The notes beneath the pieces were generated by a model. That model saw only the letters and a list, made by a program, of their open reading frames with translations. It searched no databases and was not told where the DNA came from. Positions 1-64,000 of a stretch of DNA of 64,000 nucleotides are shown here, one piece after another (position 1 is the first letter of the stretch; every line of letters begins with the position of its first letter). This DNA is from the human T2T-CHM13v2.0 reference genome, Homo sapiens: the NCBI RefSeq assembly GCF_009914755.1, contig NC_060933.1; one strand, written 5' to 3'. A program made the position numbers and the translations under genes.

Positions 1-365
1 GGAGGGGAGATCGGCCTGAGGGATACCTGGGAGAGGGGAGACGCCACCAGGGAGGGGAGGTCGGCCTGAGGGATGCCGGGAGAGACGGGACGTCCGGGGA
101 GAGGGGAGGTCGGTCTGAGGGACACGGGGCGTGGGGTGGTGAGGTAGGGGAGCGGGAAGGGGAGGTTGGCCTGAGGGACGCGGCGGTGGGGTGTGGGGGA
201 GGTTGGCCTGACTGGGGGGGAGGGGGAGGGGAGGTCGGCCTGAATGAAGGACACCCAGGAGAGGGGAGATGCGAGACGCCGCCAGGGAGGGGAGGTCAGC
301 CTGAGGGATGCCCAGGGGAGAGAGGGGAGGTCAGGGGAGAGGTGAGGTCGGCCTGAGGGACCTCT
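1..365. repeat. Degenerate G-rich tandem repeat (core GGGGAGGTCGGCCTGAGGGA), continues off the window start
   Basis: About 8 imperfect copies of the core with irregular spacing. Confidence 0.8.
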
Positions 366-604
366 GGGAAAGGACATTCCAGGCAACGAGTGCCAAGACC
401 CTGAGGCAAGGCTGTGCTTGGCACCCAGGTGTGGAGAACGTCTTGGAGGCCAGCGCGGCTGGAGTGAGGTGCCATGGGCTGTCGGTAGCGGTCGAGGAAA
501 CCTGAGAGTCAGACAGGCTCACTTCCAACCGGGACCCCAGGCCGCCCTGGTGGTTTGCAGAGGGGTGACACCCTCTGGCTTCTGTGGTATAAGGGTCTCT
601 CTGG

Positions 605-5135
<4,531 letters not shown>

Positions 5136-5182
5136 TTAAAAGATATTGGATTATAGGTATATTTATTAAAATCAAGTCTATT

Positions 5183-5352
5183 GGCCGGGCGCGGTGGCGC
5201 ATGCCTGTAATCCCAGCAGTTTGAGAGGCTGAGGCCAGAAGATTGCTTGAGGCCAGGAGTTTGAGACAAGCCTGGACAACATAGTGAGATCCCACCTCTA
5301 CAAAGAAATTAAAAACTTAGCTGAGCATGGTGGTGCATGCCTGTAGTCCTAC
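5183..5352 (+). mobile_element. Truncated Alu (left arm plus start of right arm)
   Basis: ggccgggcgcggtggcgcatgcctgtaatcccagc start. Confidence 0.88.
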
Positions 5353-5355
5353 TTC

Positions 5356-5358
5356 ATT

Positions 5359-5406
<48 letters not shown>

Positions 5407-5670
5407 GACAGAGTCTAACCCTGTCGCCTAGGCTGGAATGCAATGGCATGATCTCGGCTCATTGCAACCTCTGCCTCCTGGGTTCAAACGATTCTCCTCC
5501 CTCAGAGGGATTACAGGCACCCACCACCACGCCCAGCTAATTTTTGTGTTTTTAGTAGAGACAGGGTTTCACCAGGTTGGCCAGGCTGGTCTTGAACTCT
5601 GACCTCATGATCCGCCCGCCTTGGCCTCCCAAAGTGTGGGGATTACAGGCGTGAGCCACTGTGCCCAGCT
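5356..5670 (-). mobile_element. Alu with (TTTA)n tail microsatellite
   Basis: (TTTA)n at 5357-5404 followed by reverse-complement Alu body. Confidence 0.9.
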
Positions 5671-6012
5671 CATTTTATTTTTTATGAAGTTCCTCTTGTA
5701 TTTCTAGTGACTTTTGTTTATATATTTAGTCACTGTATAGTTTGGGCAATATAAAGTTTATGATTGTTACATCTTCTTCCTAAATTATGCTTTATTTCAT
5801 CACACAGTACCTTCTTAATCTGTGCAGTTCCTCTGCTGGACAGTTGCACCTTGTCGACATTGAATGTCATTGGTTCTACTTTTTGTTGCTATCACTGGTT
5901 TTGGTTTTTAACTTGCATTTGCCTGGTACCTTTCTTTTCCTTTCATTTCCAGCTCTTCTTTATCATTTTAAGTGTTCTTGTAAATTGTATTTACCTGGGT
6001 TCTGCCTTTTAA

Positions 6013-6799
<787 letters not shown>

Positions 6800-9725
6800 T
6801 AATGGTAACGGGTGAATCCAGTCTCTCCATTTAGTATAATGTTTGACTCTATTCTTCATCCCAAGTTCTGCTGCTTTAATCGAGTTGCTGTTTATTGCTC
6901 CTCTCCTCCCTTGCTTATTTTTACTCTCTAATTCTTCTGTTCCACAAAAGGTTGCCTTCCCTTCCCTGCTCTCATAATTGTCAACGTACCTCTTTACTGT
7001 TTTTGTTTCTTTAGCATCTTTAGTACCAAGATGTACTAGTTCCATCACTCAATTGGTCTATTTCCCTTTATTCTGCCTCCACCCATACCCAGTAAGTCAC
7101 AGCCTTTCCAGTACTTGCCCTGCCTCCGCATCCTGGTTTGAGGGTGTTCACTTTTCATTCTTGACTGTCGCCCGTCCCTTCAGACTGCCCCCACAGGCTC
7201 CCCTATGCCCAGGGGCCCTCAGCTATCATTCCCGTGGCCCGCTCTCAGAGCCCTAACCTCAGTCACCTAGGTTTACCTTAGCATCTTCTCTTCTCTTCAG
7301 TCCTTGCTCACTGCAGGACTGTCTCCTCCGTTTTAACTCTGTCCTGTCACTCGGCTGCTCTCCCCTGAAATGAATGGGGGTGTTGGTGGTGGCTGACTCT
7401 TCGAGTTCCTGTGTACTCTCAGGTGCCCTTCCTTGTTCCCCACTGAGGAGCGAGATCCAGGCTGCTGTGCCCACTGCAAGTGTCTCTCTCTCTCATTTCC
7501 TGTTGCACATGAGGCATCGGACACTCGGATGCTTTTCCTTTGTCAGTGACTTGCTCTCTGTCTGCCCCTCAAACTGCAGGCTCAGGGCCCCTCTGGCGCG
7601 GAGTGCTTCCCTCCGTTTGTCTCATTATTCTGTCTCCTTTTCTTGATCTCCTGCATCTGGAGCCCCTCCTGTTTCACGTGGTGTTGCTTGCTCTGCTCCT
7701 GTCAGTCCATGCCCTCTTCCTTGAGCTCGCGTTCACCTCCACGTTGGAGATGCTGCTTGCGCTTGACTGAACTCCCCTTTTTTTCATCTGCTGAGTGGTT
7801 TCCGAAGAGAATTTTATTTCTTCTCTAAAAGTTTTTTTCTCTCTCTTTTAGTTTTGTTTTATTTTGAGTTATGTGTTGCTATACTTGGATCTCTGGGCCT
7901 TTGTTGACTTTTCCTTCTGGGTACCCAGCAGACACCGAGGATTCACTTACATTCAGGACCCACTGGCCTCCACTGTTGGTTCAGGGTGGGCTTGGGGCCT
8001 GGGGCCTGGTGGGGAGGAGACGAAGCCGTGCTTGAATCTCCACATTCTCAGCACTGCTTGGTGCCCTCGACTGCCTTCTGCCTGAGGACTGGCTGTGTCA
8101 CCACCCCAGGCTTGCCCATAACCCGTGTCACCCTGTCGGCCCTGACGCCTTGTCAGCTGGTTGAGCCCCGCTGAGCTTGGCCCTGTGCTGTCTCACTGAA
8201 TCCCACACCACCTTGTGAGGTACAGGTGACTGTGCTCTGTTTTCAGTTGAGGAATCTCCAGGCTGCGTGATGTGCACGAGGGCCAGGGGTGACAGCCATT
8301 AGGGCCTCCATCAGCTCGTGCTTTAGCCTCACGTCACTTTTGTTGCCCCCAGTGGCAAATACAGCAGCTGCACTGGAAGGAAACACTTTCTTGTCTGTCT
8401 CCCCACTGTCCTCTAGAAGGGTTATTGAGAACAGGGATGGATGTTGGTCATTTTGTGTTTTCTGGGCTTTGGTCAGGGCCTGGCACAATTTGTACACATT
8501 TTTTGAACAAATGGGGGTTACCCAGGACTAGCAAAGAGTCTGCCTTAGGGCACAAGAGAAAGAAATCTAAGTATTTGCAGCAGTCAGGCCCTATTCTCAG
8601 CAGTACTTCACTGTGTCATCATTCATAGGTTAATGTAATATGGAATTTCTCCCTAGCTTGAAGATGTCCTATCATTTTTCTTGAAATAAGCTTTTTCATT
8701 ATAAAGAATATATGCTAATTAAGTGAACCCTGGAAAATGCAGGAAGCTGAAAAGAAGCCCAGTCTCTCTTGGTTTTCCCAAAGCTGTGATTCCAGAGATG
8801 TTTCCGCGTTTCCTGTAGACTCTCTGCTTTTACTGGAGCAGACTGGAGTCCACAGTGGCTGCTTGCTGTCCTTAGGGACCTGTGCCTCATCCCCGGGGAA
8901 CAAATGCATCTGTCTTGGGTGCTGCTGGGGTTGCTGAGCTGGGATGTGAGGGGCTGCACCCAGCTCTCCCCCAGGGCGTCTGGATCAGGAGTCCCTCTGT
9001 TAGGTCTTGCTCAGTCCCCTGGCTCTGGCGCCTCTGGCTTCTCTAAAGTCGATGTTTACAGCAAGGAACTGGTGGACTTTAAGGGCAATGTCTGGGGAGT
9101 GTGGTTCTGTGCAAATACGGCTGTTGGCATGACTATGGTTGTGCCTGTGACAGGCGAGGATGTGTGTGGTTGTCTTGTGTTGTGTGCACAGGAAGATGTG
9201 TGTGTGTGGGGGGCTGTGGCCCATTGTGAAAGGGCAGCATTTCTATGAGGCCTTTCTCATAGCAGAGGCTGACTGGTTCTTACTGGCTGGTGGGGATGGC
9301 CACAGAGTCCCCTTTGGAGAATTTGTTGCTTGTCTTCCTGGCCACGTGTGTGTGCAGACACAGTGGGTTTACATGAGTCACGTGTTCTCTTTCCCTCCTT
9401 CCCAGAGTGGCCCTGTTTGTGTCCACAGGTGTGTGCCTCATGTGCACTGAGGAGTGTGTCTGTGTGAGCATCTCATTGGATCTTCAAAAGTGAGCGTGGT
9501 CAGGCTGGATGTGTGCTGTGAAGCATGTGCGTGTGTGACTCCTGTGTTCCTGCACAACTGTGTGTGGGTGCATGGGGGGTTCAGAGTGTGTGGGCTTGTT
9601 CTGTGCACAGCTCTGCCTGTGTGTGTGCCCCTCCTTATCTGCATTGCACACCTGCCTCCCTCCTGCCCTACTGCTGCCTCTGTGGGGAGTGGTCATCCCT
9701 GGCCTTCAGCAGGGCTGGCCACATG

Positions 9726-9970
9726 CCACTGAGAGCCTGGGTGTGCACATGTACACACATGTGTACAAACACACAGAAAATGCACATAGCACACGAGCTA
9801 TGAGAGCCACTGAGAGCCTGGGTGTGCACACATATGCATGTGTGTACAAACAGAAAATATGCATAGCACACATGCCCACACTGCCCCTGCTCTTTTGTGC
9901 CACTGAGAACCTGGGTGTGCACACATATGCATGTGTGTACAAACACACAGAAAGTACATGTAGCATACAC
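9726..9970. repeat. Imperfect ~80-90 bp tandem repeat, 3 copies
   Basis: gccactgaga(g/a)cctgggtgtgcaca...gtgtacaaaca recurs at ~9726, ~9806, ~9899. Confidence 0.85.
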
Positions 9971-10199
9971 TGCTCCCCACATCCTCACACAGGGACCCCA
10001 TGCTCAAGCCCAGGTATTCAAAGCCCACTGAGAGACCCATGGCTGGGGCACAGCTGTCTGCTCTCTGAGAACACTGAGAGGCACCCACATGGCCAGGCTT
10101 AGTGCACAAACTAAGAAACCCTTACACAGGCAGATGTGCTCTCCTGCAGAGACACAGCCAGCTCCTGTACAGACACACCTGAATCCTCATAGAGACCCT

Positions 10200-10620
10200 T
10201 CCCTCAGTTGTTAAGCATTGATCAAGCCCCTCTCAGTGTGAGGGGCTCAGTGGTGAAGAAGACAATGTGGCCCTGTCCTCATGGAGCCTACAGTCTTGTC
10301 TGGGAGTTGGGCATGGAACAGGTCAACAATAAAACACAGTGACAGGTGGTGATGTGGTCAGGGCCACTGTCGGAGGTGAGCCGAGGGCCCTGTTCTAAAT
10401 GGTGTGCCCAGAGCAGGTGCTCTGTGCAGGTGACGTTAATGCTGAGACTTGAAAGTGTGTGGGAAGGAGTCCAGTGAGGGACGCATTTCACACTTGGGAT
10501 ATTGTGTGAAGGGCCAGGGCACAGCAGGACTGGTGTGCGTGGACATGGGAAAAGGCTGCTGGGTTGGGTGGTGAGCAGGGTAGAGAAGCAGTCAGGCTGG
10601 AGCAGGTAGACAAAGTTTCC
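10200..10620 (-). mobile_element. Probable L2 fragment
   Basis: gtgaagaagacaatgtggccctgtcctcatggagcctacagtct resembles the reverse-complement L2 3' region. Confidence 0.5.
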
Positions 10621-11170
10621 AACAGTAAGTATTGTGGACATTGAACAGCCATGGACCATGCGTAAACCGATGAGCTTGGCTGTGTTCCAGGAAAACTGCT
10701 TAGAAAACAGGCAGCCCATGCGTGCTGACCCCTGAGTCCGGAGGGCGAGAGAGGGAGGGCCAGATGCTGCAGGGCTCTGTGGGCTATGCTGAAGAGATGG
10801 GATCTGGGGAGGGACTAACTCAGATTTATGTCTTCAGGGGAAAAAGCTTGGGGTGCTCATGGAGAGTGGCCTGGGGGCATCAGGGCTGTGCTCCTAGAAG
10901 GTGGCTGGGGATGCTGGGGACCAGAGAAGTGAGTACAGATCATCCACTTCAATCTGGCTCTCACATCTGGCACCCAGTAACCATGGAGATCATCAGGGCC
11001 TTGGTTCCCTCAGCTGTGAAGTGGAGGTCACAGGGGTCACTGGCACAATTGTCTGTGACCGGCTGGGGCTGGGGGCAGGTGTCCTCCAGAGTGCGTCTGT
11101 GGGGGTCCACAGGTGGGGTAGGCGGGTGCCCATTGGTCCCCACATCCTCAGTAACTCCCCATCCCCTCAG

Positions 11171-63117
<51,947 letters not shown>

Positions 63118-63936
63118 GTGAGTCCGCGGCTGGGCGGGGTCAGGGAGGGAAGGGTTGGCCGGGGCGGCGCGGGCCCCAGCGGTGGCTGCGGCCATGGGGT
63201 CCACGGCGGAGGCTGCAGCCCCGGCCACGCTGCCATGTCCAGAGCCGTCGGGGCTGGGGTCTCTGCATGCCGTTCACGTGGGGTGGTGACAATCCTGCCT
63301 TGCAGGGTTGACCTGTAAAAGGCTTGGCAGGGCGTGTATGCTCCGTAAAAGGCTTGGCAGAGTGTTTGTGCTCCGTGAATGCCAGCCGTTATTTAAGAAG
63401 GGAGGGCTTAAGGGGGAATTGTTGCGACTGGCTTGGAAAGAACAAAGTGGCCCTGGGAGAAGAGAAAGTTGGGGATTGCAGTGGAGGAAGGAGAGGCAGA
63501 AGGGCCCAAGGGAAGCCTGAGCAGGCCAGTGGGCTGGGCGCAGAGCGGGGTGTGGGGGCCAGGCTGTGTGACCATGACAGAAAGAACCCCAGCTAGCCCA
63601 GCTTGCTCCCTGGGGCAGGACTCACCAACCCCGTGAGGGCCTGGGGTAACAGTGGTCCAGTGGCCAAGACCAGCAGTCGCCAGGTACCCACTGGCCACAA
63701 ACCAACCAGAATACTTGCCGCTGGAGGCCCCAGCCCAGGGTCAACCCAGCCGCCGCCCTGTCTTTGTGTGTGGGTGGGTCAGCCCCATCCCTGCCTTTCG
63801 GACTAAAGACACGGAGGTGTATAGAGTAATTTAAAAAACGTACAGAAGGCCAGAGTAGCAGAGCAGGTGGTTATGGATTTAGTTGGTCTGCATGGAGGCT
63901 TAAGGGTTTTGGTTGATAGGATTTTGCTGATGTGCA

Positions 63937-64000
63937 TTATTATTATTATTATTGGAGACAGGACCGCACTGTCGCCCAGGGTGGAGTGCAGTGGCGCAAT
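63937..64000 (-). mobile_element. 3' end of an Alu, cut by the window edge
   Basis: (ATT)n tail then ggagacagg...ctgtcgcccagggtggagtgcagtggcgcaat. Confidence 0.85.

Noticed and set aside
9150-10110. Cys/His-rich ORFs suggestive of metal-binding proteins
   Set aside because: Products of TG/CA-rich low-complexity and tandem repeat sequence
63300-63930. Possible LTR-like element with a 30-bp duplication (63315/63345)
   Set aside because: Could not assign a family by eye; only the small duplication is certain

Overview
Primate (almost certainly human) genomic DNA from the middle of CACNA1B, the N-type voltage-gated calcium channel alpha-1B subunit (Cav2.2), on the + strand. Nine constitutive exons (conventional numbering 11-19, recalled) splice into one continuous frame. 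They encode the end of the I-II linker, all of repeat II (S1-S6, the S4 voltage sensor, the TGEDW pore glutamate) and the synprint part of the II-III loop. Also present: the 63-nt alternative exon 18a with upstream Rbfox (TGCATG) sites, a U12-type GT-AG intron after exon 16, and a NAGNAG acceptor at exon 19. The introns hold a near full-length antisense L1, a full-length sense L1PB-type element nested in an older L1, a two-LTR MaLR (MLT1) relic, a CR1/L3 relic, about 20 Alus and several minisatellites (97 bp x11, ~35 bp, and an almost perfect 37 bp x33 array carrying paired E-boxes). Nearly all other ORFs in the track are repeat- or GC-bias artefacts. I see no new protein-coding system. The most promising under-explored signals are non-coding: tandem repeats and RNA structures that could tune CACNA1B splicing or expression. 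Exon boundaries were read base by base; repeat boundaries and subfamily names are approximate and by eye.
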